From the NCBI RefSeq assembly GCF_006345805.1, contig NC_043004.1:70432001-70496000 (forward strand): a DNA stretch of 64,000 nucleotides. The letters run 5' to 3'. Origin of the DNA: Octopus sinensis (taxonomy: Eukaryota). Below are positions 24,402 to 38,018 of this stretch, piece after piece (position 1 is the first letter of the stretch; each line of letters starts with the position of its first letter). Below the pieces are notes generated by a model. That model was given only the letters and a program-made list of their open reading frames with translations, made no database searches and was not told the DNA's origin. Both the position numbers and the translations under genes were made by a program.

Positions 24402-25270
24402 ATCATCATCATCATCATCACCGTTTAACGTCTGTTTTCTGTGCTAGCACGGGTTGGATGGTTCGACCAGGGATCTGGGAAGCCAGGAGGCTGCACCAGG
24501 CTCCACTCTGATCTGGCAGTGCTTCTACAGCTGGATGCCCTTCCTAACGCCAACCACTCCATGAGTGTAGTGGGTGCTTTTTACATGCCACCGGCACAGG
24601 TGCCAGGGGAGCCTGGCATCAGCTACGATCGGCTGGTGCTTTTTACGTGCCACCGGCACAGAAGCCAGTTAAGGCAGCACTGGCATCAGCCACGTTCGGA
24701 TGGTGCTTTTTACGTGCCACCGGCTGGCATCAGCCACGTTCGGATGGTGCTTTTTACGTGCCACCGGCTGGCATCAGCCACGTTCGGATGGTGCTTTTTA
24801 CGTGCCACCGGCTGGCATCAGCTACATTCGGATGGTGCTTTTTACGTGCCACCGGCACAGAAGTCAGGCAAGGCGGCGCTGGCATCAGCTACATTCGGAT
24901 GGTGCTTTTTACGTGCCACCGGCACAGAAGTCAGGCAAGGCGGCGCTGGCATCAGCTACATTCGGATGGTGCTTTTTACGTGCCACCGGCTGGCATCAGC
25001 CACGTTCGGATGGTGCTTTTTACGTGCCACCGGCTGGCATCAGCCATGTTCGGATGGTGCTTTTTACGTGCCACCGGCACAGGTATCACAACTACTATTT
25101 CCATTGATATTTATTTCGATGTTCATGTACTTGACTCAATAGGTCTCCTCAAGCACAGCAGGTTGTTCTGAAATCCAAGGTACTTTGAATGGGCTGGGGC
25201 TATACGGAACTAGTGCAGGAAGCAGCCCAGGTCTTTGCAGTCACAGCATATCTCCAGAGATCTCGGTCCA
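24402..25270 (-). mobile_element. RTE 3' end (DRDLWRYAVT tail plus 3'UTR) with an expanded 44/67-bp minisatellite
   Basis: Same 3'UTR as 55980-56605; (CAT)n tail at 24402; about 9 repeats of GGTGCTTTTTACGTGCCACCGGC. Confidence 0.85.
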
Positions 25271-25542
25271 TACATACACACACATATGTATATCATCACG
25301 AGGGGTTCTTTCAGTTTCCGTCTACCAAATCCACTCGCAAGGCATTGGTTGGCTCAAGGCTATAGAAGAAGACACTTGCCCAAGGTGTCAAACAGTGCAC
25401 CTGAACTCGGAACCATGTGGTTGGTAAGCAAGTTACTTACCACACAGCCACTCCTACTCACACACACACACACATTCACACATTGAAACAATAAATGTAT
25501 ATGCACACAGTAAAATATACATGCACACACAAACAGAAGTGT

Positions 25543-25549
<7 letters not shown>

Positions 25550-25611
<62 letters not shown>

Positions 25612-26662
25612 TAGATAGATATACATAGATAAAGTTACACAAACGCATTTACATATCTAGATGTACAACCACACAAGGATTGGCACTAATATACAATTAC
25701 CAAGAAACCTTTGAATCTATAAAAACAAGGATATAGATGTGCACATCACACTATATACCCACACATACACACACACATCTATACATACTGTATCTGCAAA
25801 AAACAATATATGCATAAATATATAATACATGCACAGACACACATAGATTAGAGCAGATGTATAAATTCATCCAGAAAATTTAACTTTTATGCATATGTAT
25901 AGGTAGACAGAGCCACAAACAAGTATACATAGTGTGTGAGCAAAATGTTATACACATAGGTACATAATATATACACAAAGAAAGGCAGTGAGCTGGCAGA
26001 AACGTTAGCACGCCAGGTGAAATGCTAAGCGGTATTTCGTCTGCCATTACGTTCTGAGTTCAAATTCCGCCGAGGGCGATTTTGCCTTTCTTCCTTTCGG
26101 GGTCGATTAAATAAGTAGCAGTTAATCACTGGGGTTGATGTAATCGATTTAATCCCCTTGTCTGTCCTTGTTTGTCCCCTTTCTGTTTAGCCCTCTGTGG
26201 GCAATAAAGAAATAAATATAACCACAAACATATAGACTGGCAAAGACACGGAGCTATGTACATACAAACACTCACATACACACATATATATACATAAATA
26301 CAAGCAGACTCACACATGCACATAAAGACACATATACATATATACATACTCAGACAAACACATATACAAACACACACGTACACATATTACAGACAATCCT
26401 CTCTTACACATAGAGGCAGATGTACAGACACATACACATTCATGTACAGACACACACACACGCACAAAAACACAAACATACATACCAATACACACTCTCT
26501 CTTGCATATATACACACAGACACACAGACACAGATATGCAAATATATGTATGTCCAGACACATGTGTTATACATATACACATTCAAAGAAACCTACTCAG
26601 ATATACACATACACAATTCACATACATACACACACACACACACACCACACACACACACACAC

Positions 26663-26703
<41 letters not shown>

Positions 26704-27712
26704 TAGATAGATATACATAGATAAAGTTACACAAACGCATTTACATATCTAGATGTACAACCACACAAGGATTGGCACTAATATACAATTACCAAGAAAC
26801 CTTTGAATCTATAAAAACAAGGATATAGATGTGCACATCACACTATATACCCACACATACACACACACATCTATACATACTGTATCTGCAAAAAACAATA
26901 TATGCATAAATATATAATACATGCACAGACACACATAGATTAGAGCAGATGTATAAATTCATCCAGAAAATTTAACTTTTATGCATATGTATAGGTAGAC
27001 AGAGCCACAAACAAGTATACATAGTGTGTGAGCAAAATGTTATACACATAGGTACATAATATATACACAAAGAAGGCAGTGAGCTGGCAGAAACGTTAGC
27101 ACGCCAGGTGAAATGCTAAGCGGTATTTCGTCTGCCATTACGTTCTGAGTTCAAATTCCGCCGAGGGCGATTTTGCCTTTCTTCCTTTCGGGGTCGATTA
27201 AATAAGTAGCAGTTAATCACTGGGGTTGATGTAATCGATTTAATCCCCTTGTCTGTCCTTGTTTGTCCCCTTTCTGTTTAGCCCTCTGTGGGCAATAAAG
27301 AAATAAATATAACCACAAACATATAGACTGGCAAAGACACGGAGCTATGTACATACAAACACTCACATACACACATATATATACATAAATACAAGCAGAC
27401 TCACACATGCACATAAAGACACATATACATATATACATACTCAGACAAACACATATACAAACACACACGTACACATATTTACAGACAATCCTCTCTTACA
27501 CATAGAGGCAGATGTACAGACACATACACATTCATGTACAGACACACACACACGCACAAAAACACAAACATACATACCAATACACACTCTCTCTTGCATA
27601 TATACACACAGACACACAGACACAGATATGCAAATATATGTATGTCCAGACACATGTGTTTATACATATACACATTCAAAGAAACCTACTCAGATATACA
27701 CATACACAATTC

Positions 27713-27740
<28 letters not shown>
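25550..27740 (+). repeat. Near-identical ~1.09-kb tandem duplication
   Basis: ORFs 26126..26383 and 27217..27474 are identical (offset 1091); breakpoints fall in (CA)n. Confidence 0.95.
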
Positions 27741-27744
<4 letters not shown>

Positions 27745-28490
27745 GCATATCAACACATGCAGAGTAACGCCCTCCTCCTCTCTCTATCTCTCTCTTTCTC
27801 TTTCTCTCTCTCTCTCTCTCTCTCTAATACATACTCACAAATACACATATACAGACTGACATATACACATTCAAAGAGACTTACTCAGATATACACATAC
27901 ACAATTCACACACACACACATACACATGCATACATGCATATCAACATATGCAGAGTCACCCCCTCCTCCTCCTCTCTATATCTCTCTTTCTCTCTCTCTC
28001 TCTCTCTTTCTCTCTCACATACATACTCACAAATACACATACACAGACAGACATATGTTGATATGCAAACAGATTTATGTACAAATACATACAGACAGAC
28101 ACAAACACTCACACAAAAAACACCTTCTAAAGCAGTGACACACGGACACAGATTCCCAGCACACAGACAAATATCTACATGGAAACATATGGTTCACCAT
28201 TAGAAGTTAGCAATATTGAGCTAAAATAATTTTATTGTGGATTAGTTCAAATTTGAGGAAGTAATACAGGAACAGATTATAAAAAGTTATGAAATTCAAA
28301 TTAACTGCTTCAGGCAAGATCAGAAAATACTAGAATTTTATTCCGATAATTTCAATTTTCAAAAGAAAAAAAACAACTTTTTCATGTTATATTTTTTCAC
28401 ATTAACTTTCTTGCCAATGCACACAAATGCACACCACACACACACACACATAAATATAAACAGACATGTATGTGTGTATGTATGTATGTG

Positions 28491-28572
<82 letters not shown>

Positions 28573-29347
28573 TACATATATGTATACATATATGTATACA
28601 TATATGTATACATATACATATATATATACATACACCACATGCACACACCACACATATAGACATGTATTTATGCATGTATGTCTTTAATACTGTAACACAG
28701 AAGCTTTCATGGATGTGGCAAAGAAGTTTATTTTTGTTTCATAACCATGCAGATTTGAGTTCAGTTCCATTGTGCCGCTCCTTGGGCAAGTATCTCCACC
28801 TATGTCCCTAAAAAGCTGGGCCAACCAATGTCTTGTAAATTTATTTGGTAATCAAGAACTTTACAAGATCCATTTTGCGTGTGTGCGTGTATCTGCCTAT
28901 GTCCGCATGCAAATATGCATGTATATATTTATCTATAGATGTGTATTATATATTTGTGTGTATCATATATAATCATGGCTTCTCCTGTCGTTAGACAACA
29001 TTATGAGGGTTCTGCAATTTCCAATTTCTTACCAAACAACCACACAGACGATTTGTTGATAGTGATCAAATGCCTGTGTTCACATAGGCTCACACCCTCC
29101 ATCAAATTAACATTACCTGTACAGGTGTACGATGTGCCACATCCCAGACAACAGAATTATTACAAAGCAAATAGAAATGAAGTACTTTTGCTGAAGAGCA
29201 CAATGCAACACCTGGTTTGGAAATTGAAACCACAATCTCACAATCATAAATGCAACACCCTGACCACTATGCTGTGTGCCTTCACACTGGTTGTGGCTGG
29301 TCAGAAAACTACCACTGGTTTCAAGTCTTTATTGCTCTTGGCAACAT

Positions 29348-29730
29348 GGAAGCACTCCGTCGGTAACGATGATGAGGGTTCCGGTTGATCCGAATCAACG
29401 GAACAGCCTGCTCGTGAAATTAACGTGTAAGTGGCTGAGCACTCCACAGACACGTGCACCCTTAACGTAGTTCCCGGAGATATTCAGCATGACACAGAGA
29501 GTGACAAGGCCGGCCCCTTGAAATACAGGTACAACAGAAACAGGAAGTAAGAGTGAGAGAAAGTTGTGGTGAAAGAGTACAGCAGGGATCACCACCATCC
29601 CCTGCCGGAGCCTCATGGAGCTTTAGGTGTTTTCGCTCAATAAACACTCACAACGCCCGGTCTGGGAATCGAAACCACGATCCTATGACCGCAAGTCCGC
29701 TGCCCTAACCACTGGGCCATTGCACCTCCA
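29348..29730 (-). mobile_element. tRNA-derived SINE family F with 13-bp TSD; variant with the same head and a different tail at 36380-36688
   Basis: Minus head GGAGGTGCAATGGCCCAGTGGTTAGGGCAGCGGAC...GTTTCGATTCCC; CTCTTGGCAACAT at 29335-29347 and 29731-29743. Confidence 0.85.
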
Positions 29731-30755
29731 CTCTTGGCAACATAGACAACTCATCAAGCCTATGGGCCAGAGACACATAATCCCTTAACTAATGGAAATA
29801 AGAATAGTCTTAGTCAGCAAGGGTGTGAAAAATGTGTATAATATGATATAACTAACTGGAACTCTGTTGGTTATGATGATGAAAGTTCTAGATGATCTGA
29901 TCAACAAAACAGCCTGTTCATGAAATTAATGTGCAAGTGGCTGAACACTCCACAGACATGCGGGCCTTTAACGTAGTTCTGAGAGAGATTCGGTGTGACA
30001 CAGAATGTAAAAAGGCTGGCACTTTGAATTACAGGTACAACTGTTTTGCCAGCAGAGCAATGTGAAATAAAGTGTCTTGCTCAAGGACACAACAATGCCT
30101 GGAATTGAACTCACGACCTTACAGTTGTGAACTAAAACACCCTAACCACTAAGCTGCATGCCTTCAGTAAATAATCCCATTATGAATTTGAGTGATGTTT
30201 CTCTGTCCCTTATGTTTTTGTGTTTGTTAACTCCTCCTAGACCATTGGTGCAAGGGCAACAAAACTCAAACCAGCAACCCTGCTAATCCCAGGGAATGTC
30301 CTAAGGGGATCTATTTTTTAAAGGGCCACCTAATTGGGGCCCCACTAACCTCACCTATTTTTACTACTTTTTATACTAAATACATGACATTGGCGACCAA
30401 ATTGGAGCAATGACAATGAATTTCATACAATGAACTGCAAGGGAGTATCATAAGGAGGTTCAATTTCTGAAGGGCTACTTAAATTGGGCCCCACTGAGCC
30501 CCCAACTTTTAGTGTATTTACCTTGCTCCTACGATTATTGATTAAACTATGATCAGCATCAGCGCTGAGCACATTTGCAGAAATAAGATTGGTCATTCTA
30601 AATACCTTCATGTACATTCAAATCGCGATAAAGATTTATAAGAGGTGTGTTTCAAATGTGATATTTTGTAGTTTATGAAACTTATGTCTAGTATACTTTA
30701 ACTGCACCACAGTTAATCAAGAAAAAAAAAATTGAAGAAAATATGAATACATTAC

Positions 30756-30787
30756 CCATTTTGGCAGGTTCCAAACTGTAAACTTAC
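30756..30787 (-). CDS. Putative 32-nt coding exon (phase 1-0): (G)KFTVWNLPKW
   Basis: Strong acceptor ttttattttattttcatctAG|GTAAGTTTACAG...AAAATGG|GTaatg. Phases match the neighbouring candidate exons. Confidence 0.55.
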
Positions 30788-31320
30788 CTAGATGAAAATA
30801 AAATAAAACATATATATAATATAAATAACATAATACAAACACATATAAAAAATAAACAAGAGGTTACTGACATAAAAATAAAGTTCAAAAGCAGTCAAAA
30901 TTTGAGCACAACAAGCAAATCAACACACGACTGCTGGTGCATGTTGCTAAAGGTAATTGGTGGGAAAATTTACCCAAATTCAATCAGTGTCTATCATTTT
31001 TTATCTCTTACTTGTCATGGTCATTGGAGCAATGTTTCTAAACCAGGTTCCATATGACCCTTTGGGGCCCATTTAAGATTTTGTTGTTAAAATTTCTCTG
31101 CAATAAATCAGTTATCTTTCTACAATTAAGGTGCAGGCATGGCTGTGCGGTAAGAATCTTGCTTCCCAACCAAATGGTTCCAGGTTCAGCCCCACTACGT
31201 GGCACCTTGGGCAAGTGTCTTCTACTATAGCCTCGGGCTGGCCAAAGCCTTGTGAGTGGATTTGGTAGGCGGAAACTGAAAGAAACCCATCGTATATATA
31301 TATGTATGTATATATATATA

Positions 31321-32143
31321 TCTCTCTATATATATATATAAAACTGAGAATGTCTGTCTGTCTGTCTGTGTGTTTCCCTAAAACTTGAGAACTACGCAAC
31401 CAATTTCATTCAAATTTTACACATGCCTTACTTAGGGTCCAGGGAGTGTCATCGGCAAAAAAACTTTTAACTTTTTGCCTAGGGCAAGCCCACAGCAATA
31501 TCATATCTTCTCCACTATGATTCCCTAAAACATGAGAACTACACAACCAATTTCATTCAAATTATACACATGCCTTACTTAGGGTCCATGTAGTTTCATG
31601 GGCAAAATAAAAATGTTCAACTTCTTGCCTAGGGCGAGTCCATAGCAATATCATATCTTCTCCTCTATTTCAGTATTATGTGTTAAAAGTGAAACAAAAA
31701 TATTTCTCTATTTTTGTTAGATACTTTCACTTTAACAATAAAAATTAGAGATAATAATTGAATAATAATAACAACTGTAGTAAGTAATAATTAAAATCAA
31801 ACTAAAGTATAATATATTCGTAACATAACAAAAGTAAAAATAGCAATTAGTATAAAATTGCATCAATGATTTGAACTTAAATAAGTGGTTTCACATGAAT
31901 GGGAATAAATTAAAAATAAGATTAGCATGCAGAAATGGAATAGTCCTACAATTCCAGTCTGTTATATATTTTGAGTATTGTTATCACTAGCAATATCAAG
32001 ATATAACTTTGTATTTTGTATTTTATGTGTAGATGAATGTATATATATATATAGATGTACATGTAATATGAACATATATATATATATACACATATATACA
32101 TGCACTAGCACTATGACCTGGCAAAGACGGGTCATAATGCTAG
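31321..32143 (+). mobile_element. Non-autonomous Helitron with an internal ~160-bp tandem duplication (about 31360-31680)
   Basis: TC-(TA)n-AAAACTGAGAATGTCTGTC start; TATGACC...GGGTCATA hairpin then CTAG|T at 32140-32144. Confidence 0.7.
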
Positions 32144-32228
<85 letters not shown>

Positions 32229-33490
32229 GTAGGAGGTTATGAGAGGTAATGGTGTCAATAAGACCCAAAGGTGTCAGGTAATGCTGAGTAAGTGCTATGG
32301 ATAGACCATAGTAGAGCTCCAGATGGTGGTGGTGGTGGTGGTGGTGGTGGTGGTGGTGGTGGTGGAGGTGGTGGTGTTGATGATGATGAAAATCAATATC
32401 ATTTACTTCGCAAAAGATTCTGTATTTATTGAGTTAATTGAATAATGTATGCAAAAATTCCTCAGTTCCTTGAAATATATAATTATCTCTTGCCAGGAAG
32501 CAAAGATCAGATCTCCTCCCAAATATGTTAATTAATCTTAAAGATTAATTTTCACTTTCTTGAAATTATCCCATCCATCCCATTTTCTTTTTCTGAGAAT
32601 TGCATAAATTTGTGGTTGAGAAGCTGGCTTCCAAACCATGTGGTCATGGGTTCAGTCCCACTGCATGACACCTTGGGATAGTATCTTCTACTATAGACCC
32701 AGGCCAACCGAAGCCTTGTGAGTGAATTTGGTAGATAGAAACTGAAAGAAGCCCATCATATGTGTAGCATGGTAGGTTGCACACATGCATCATACAATCT
32801 ACCTTTCACTCTGAGCAAGCGGCCTAGATAGAAACTGAAAGAAGCCCATCATACGTATGTGTGTTGCTGTGCACATGTGTGAGAGATAGATAGATAGAGA
32901 GAGAGAGAGTGTGTGTGTGTATGTGTGTGTATGTGTGTGTGTGTGTGTGTCCTTGTGTTTGTCCCTCACCACTGCTTTACACCTGGTGTTAGTTTGATAA
33001 CATCACTCTAACTTAGTAGTTCAGCAAAATAGACTGATAGAGTAAAGCTTAAAACAAAAATTAGTCCTGTGGTTGTTTCATTCAACTAAAACCCTTCAAG
33101 TAGTACCCCAGCATGGCCACAGTCCAATGACTAAAACAAGTAAAAGACAAAAGACAATCACAGGATGGCTTTGCTTTCTTTCTTCTGACAAGAGAAAAAT
33201 TTCAATTTATTGACAAACTTTTGTGTACTTTATTCAATACACACCCACTTAGCTTCTCTACACTCATACCACATACCACAGATCTATCTGAGTTATTTCT
33301 CTTAGTTCAGGCATGGCTGTGTGGTAAGAAGCTTGTTTCCCAACCACATGATTCTGGGTTCAGTCTCACTGCGAGGCACCTTGAGTAAGGGTATTCTACT
33401 GTAGCCTTGGTCCAACCAAAGCCTTGTAAGTGAATTTGGTAGATGGAAATTGAAAGAAGCCCATCATATATATGTGTGTGTATATGTATA

Positions 33491-33523
<33 letters not shown>

Positions 33524-33780
33524 GTTTCTTTACTACCCACAAGGGGCTAAACATAGAGGGGACAAACAAGAACAGACAAACGAATTTAAGTCGATTATAT
33601 CGACCCCAGTGCGTAACTGGTACTTAATTTATCGACCCCGAAAGGATGAAAGGCAAAGTCGACCTCGGCGGAATTTGAACTCGGAACATAATGGTAGACG
33701 AAATACGGCTACGCATTTCGCCCGGCGTGCTAACGGTTCTGCCAGCTCGCAGAAATATATATATATATTTCCCCTCACAG

Positions 33781-33990
33781 CTGCATGAACATCTGCAATG
33801 TTCTTTCAGTCCTGTTGGTTGCGGGTCTCCCAGAACATTTGTTGATATTGACATTTATTCGACCATCTTCGAAATGCTTGAACCACTCATACATTAGTGT
33901 GTAGTTCATACACTCCTCTCCATACTCTTTCTGCAACTTTGCATAGGAGTCTGGGTAGGCATAGCCATGACAACTTTCTCTATCATGGTC
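33781..33990 (-). mobile_element. mariner transposase N-terminal HTH remnant
   Basis: YAKLQKEYGEECM...YEWFKHFEDGR...SGRPAT. Confidence 0.75.
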
Positions 33991-34530
33991 ACTGCGATGA
34001 TCACACACTACACACCTTCCTTCCAAGCACTGCAATAAACAGTGGAAGTGAGCTAGAACGTTAAAACTTAGTGCATACGCAAAGCAGAGTTGAAGCTCAG
34101 TCTGTGTCAAATGGCTTCACTCTTCGTGCTTTAGCTTCATTACTATGGCAACAGTCTGGATAATTATTGATCAGACCTAGTATGTATGTTGTATGTATAT
34201 ATATCAGTAAGTGTAATTCAACAATCAAAGTGAAGATGACAAAGTTGGTGATGTAAGAATTATGGAAGGAGAGCTGGAGGGAGCAGAGAATGAGAAAAGG
34301 GGCAATTAAGATGCTGAGTTAGCTGGAAGCATGTTGAGGGTATGTGTAGGGGGAAATTAGGGTAAGAATGTCAGAAAGGGAAATCAAGATGTGACAATTA
34401 GAAATTATTAATAAAACAACAGAGAACCATAATGGGGGCAGTGGATGTTTCAGATTAGGGAGAAGATGGGGTTGAAGATAAGGATAATGCAAGAAAGAAA
34501 GCTTATGAATGTAGTATCTACAACAATAGT

Positions 34531-34544
34531 ATTACCATGGCAAC
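34531..34544. promoter_or_regulatory. RFX X-box-like motif; similar at 34139-34152 and 8196-8209
   Basis: ATTACCATGGCAAC, ATTACTATGGCAAC and GTTACCATGGCTAT versus consensus GTTGCCATGGCAAC; motif match only. Confidence 0.3.
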
Positions 34545-36695
34545 AAGATGAATACAGAGCTTCAGTGAGTGTATGCCTAATGTGCATGTGTGTGTGCATG
34601 CGTGTGCATGCATGTGTGTGCATGCGTGTGTGTGTGTGTGTGCATGTGTGAGGTGAAAGGAGAGGGAGGGAGGGAGAGAGAGACTGATCCCTGTTTTTAA
34701 GATCCCTTTGGTAAACACTAAACAGGAAGGGCTGCTTCTTCTGCTGCTGATGATAGTAATGGTGGTGTGGTGGTGGTGGTGGTGGCAGAGGCGGCGGCGG
34801 TGGCAGCGGTGGTGGTGGTGGTGGTGGTGAAGAGGAGGAGAAGAAGAATCTACACTCATATTTGCATGGACACATAAACATACTTTCAATCACAAACACA
34901 CTCAAATATACACGAAAAGATAAATAAGGAAAGCAGAGATACACACATAAATGCACACACACACCTCACAGGCACACAGGCATGTATAGAGGAAATAAAG
35001 GGTCAAGAAGGAGAGAGGGAGAGGGGAGGACTAATAGGGAGAATAAGGTAGAGCTTCCATTAACCAGTAATTAATTAAGGTTGACAGCAAAAGAACAGTA
35101 ATTTGCAACAAAGAATCATGAAGAACAATGATTCATGCCTCTCTTGCTCTCTCACTACTCCCATCACACCTCCACATACCACCAACCCACCAGCCAACCA
35201 ACCAACAAACTAACTAACCAACCACCCAACAACCCAACCAACCAGTCAACCAGCCGACTGACAAACAGACAAACCAGCCAGCTAGCCAGCCAGATTGTTG
35301 ACCATCTGAAATTGGAGAAAACAAGGAGGTCCTTCTTGAAAGCTGGCATGTGGATGTCTCAGGAAAGTCAAACCACTGTTAGGGGGGGAAAAGTGAAAGG
35401 GTGCATAGAATCAATGGTAGTGGGTGGGAGCAGTGTTGCAGCTGTTTTCACAATTCGTTGCCATTGCATCTATTTTGCCTTCTACACTACTTTCGTGTTG
35501 ATGGGGTGGCTGAATGGATAATAAGAAGTCATCCTCATCATCATCATCATCATTTAGCGTCCACTTTCCATGCTAGCATGGGTTGGATGGTTCAACTGGG
35601 GTCTGTGAAGCCAGAAGGCTGCATCAGGCCCAGTCTGATCTGGCAGTGTTTCTACGGCTGGATGCCCTTCCTAACGCCAACCACTCCGTGAGTGTAGTGG
35701 GTGCTTTTTACGTGCCACCCACACAGGTGCCAGACGGAGCTGGCAAACGTCCACGGACGGATGGTGCTTTTTACGTGCCACCGGCACGGGGGCCAGGCGA
35801 GGCTGGCAACGGCCACGATCGGATGGTGCTTTATACGTGCCACCGGCATGTAAAGAAAGAAAAAGTAAAGAAAGAAAAAGAAAACAAAAAAACACGTTAT
35901 ATATAGCGTGGGCCACAAGAAAGCTGACATTCTTTGGGAGCATCGAAGATGCTTGACACACTTGGAGGGAATGGTATTGTTATATTGTTAGAAGATACCA
36001 AACTTTTAGTGATCTCCTGCAGAGATTTAATGAAGAGAATGTCTTACAGTGAAAGCTGTTTGGTAGACAGTTTGCCTTTCATCCTTTTGGGGTCGATAAA
36101 TTAAGTACCAGTTATGCATTGGGATCGATGTAATCGGCTTAACTCCATTGTCTGTCCTTGTTTGTCCCCTCTATATTTAGCCCCTGGTGGGCAATAAAGA
36201 AATAAGAAATAAGAAATAGGAAACTGAAAGAAGCCTGTCAGGAGTGGCTGTGTGATAAGAAGCTTTTTCCCAACCACATGATTCCGGGTTCAGTCCCACT
36301 GCATGGCACTTTGGGCAAGTGTCTTCTACTATAGCCTCAGGCTGACCAATGCCTTGTGAGAAGATATATGTATGTATATCCCCGTGATCACCGTAACCGA
36401 CCAGGTTATCAGATATTGCTACACATCGCTGATCACAATTCGCTTCGCATTGTTTTAGCCTTCAAATGACGCCACCCTGCTGACTAAGCGAGCAGGCCAA
36501 CAGAAGAAAGAGTGAGAGAAAGTTGTGGCGAAAGAGTACAGCAGGGGTCACCACCACCCCCTGCCGGAGCCTCGTGGAGCTTTAGGTGTTTTTGCTCAAT
36601 AAACACTCACAACGCTCAGTCTGGGAATCGAAACCGCGATCCTACGACCGCGAGTCCGCTGTCCTAACCACTAGGCCATTGCGCCTCCATGTATG

Positions 36696-36817
<122 letters not shown>

Positions 36818-37168
36818 GAAATTTACAGAAAAACAAAAGACAAGACTGGTGTATGAACAACAAGCAAGTGTATTAGTTTGACGCTCGAGAAAGTGAGATA
36901 GTCTTTCATGTTTCAAGCCTACAAATATATATATATATATATATATGTGTATATATATATTCTGGGTGTGCTAGGTGTGTGCTGCACATGCATTGGAAAT
37001 AGCAAATTCATTATAAATATTAACCTTACTCATTAATTTAATCGCAAATCATATGGAAAACTTTTGTTCTACCACTGCTTGAAATTTGGTGGCATTGGGT
37101 GTTTGCTTTGCAAGTTGTGAAATTTGTGTATTTGTGATTACGTATATGCAATAGTCTGCAATTTTGTC

Positions 37169-37640
37169 ATGGACAGGAACAAAGAACCAATGTGAAATTC
37201 TGCACTAAAACTTGGGAAGTCTGCTACAGAGACATTGAGCATGCTTCAGCAAGCTTACAACAATGAGGAAATGATAGTATGTTGTCAACTTAATGCGACA
37301 GTCCCATGAAAGGGAAGAATGCTACTGTTATTTAGCCCTAGGAAACACCGTTTCCTGTTGGACTTGACACATTTCCTGTATTTATGCTACTGCATAAATC
37401 TCTTTGAGAGATTTAGAAATGCATTACTTCTATTTTCAATGAGGAAATGAGTTGTATATAATGTTTTGAATGCCACAGGTGCTTCAAAAGTGGAAGAACG
37501 TCCCTGAAAGACAATGAGCAATCTGGAAGATGATGTGCAATCTGGGTGCAATTCCATGAGCATCACCCTTGGAAATGTGGTATTGTGATCAAGAATTCAT
37601 CCCTCAAAGTCAGACTGTCAATCGCGAGTTCTATTGTGAT
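37169..37640 (+). mobile_element. Decayed mariner transposase remnant, interrupted at 37275-37437
   Basis: EQRTNVKFC...LGKSATETLSMLQQAY, FKSGRTSLKDNEQSGR and EFIPQSQTVNREFYCD. Confidence 0.8.
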
Positions 37641-38018
37641 ATATTATTTGCATTATTTATATTTGATGGATATTTGTCTTTATCTTGTTTGTTGTTGACA
37701 CAATGTTTCAGCTGATATACCCTCCAGCCTTCTTCAGGTGTCTTAGGGAAATTTGGAACCTGGGTTCTCATTATTAAGGTATTTTTCGATGTTATTCTTC
37801 TTCTTCTTCTTCTTATTATTATTATTATTATTCAAGTCACTGCTTGGAATCAAACTTGGAATCTTGGTATTAGTAGCCTGCGCTCTTAACCACCACGCCA
37901 TATGCATAGTGGTTAAGAGTGCAGGCTACTAACTTTAAGATTTCAAGTTCGATTCCAAGCAGTGACCTTAACAATAATAATAATAACATCAAAAATACCT
38001 TAGGAATGAGAACCCAGG

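Noticed and set aside
24625-25080. CRISPR-like repeat/spacer appearance
   Set aside because: The spacers are two near-identical sequences, the array lies inside an RTE 3'UTR, the context is eukaryotic and there are no cas genes.
24441-25171. 233/174/135-aa repetitive ORFs
   Set aside because: They are antisense readings of the RTE 3'UTR minisatellite.
28939-29388. 149-aa plus-strand ORF
   Set aside because: It starts in a microsatellite and its second half is antisense SINE sequence; no recognisable domain.
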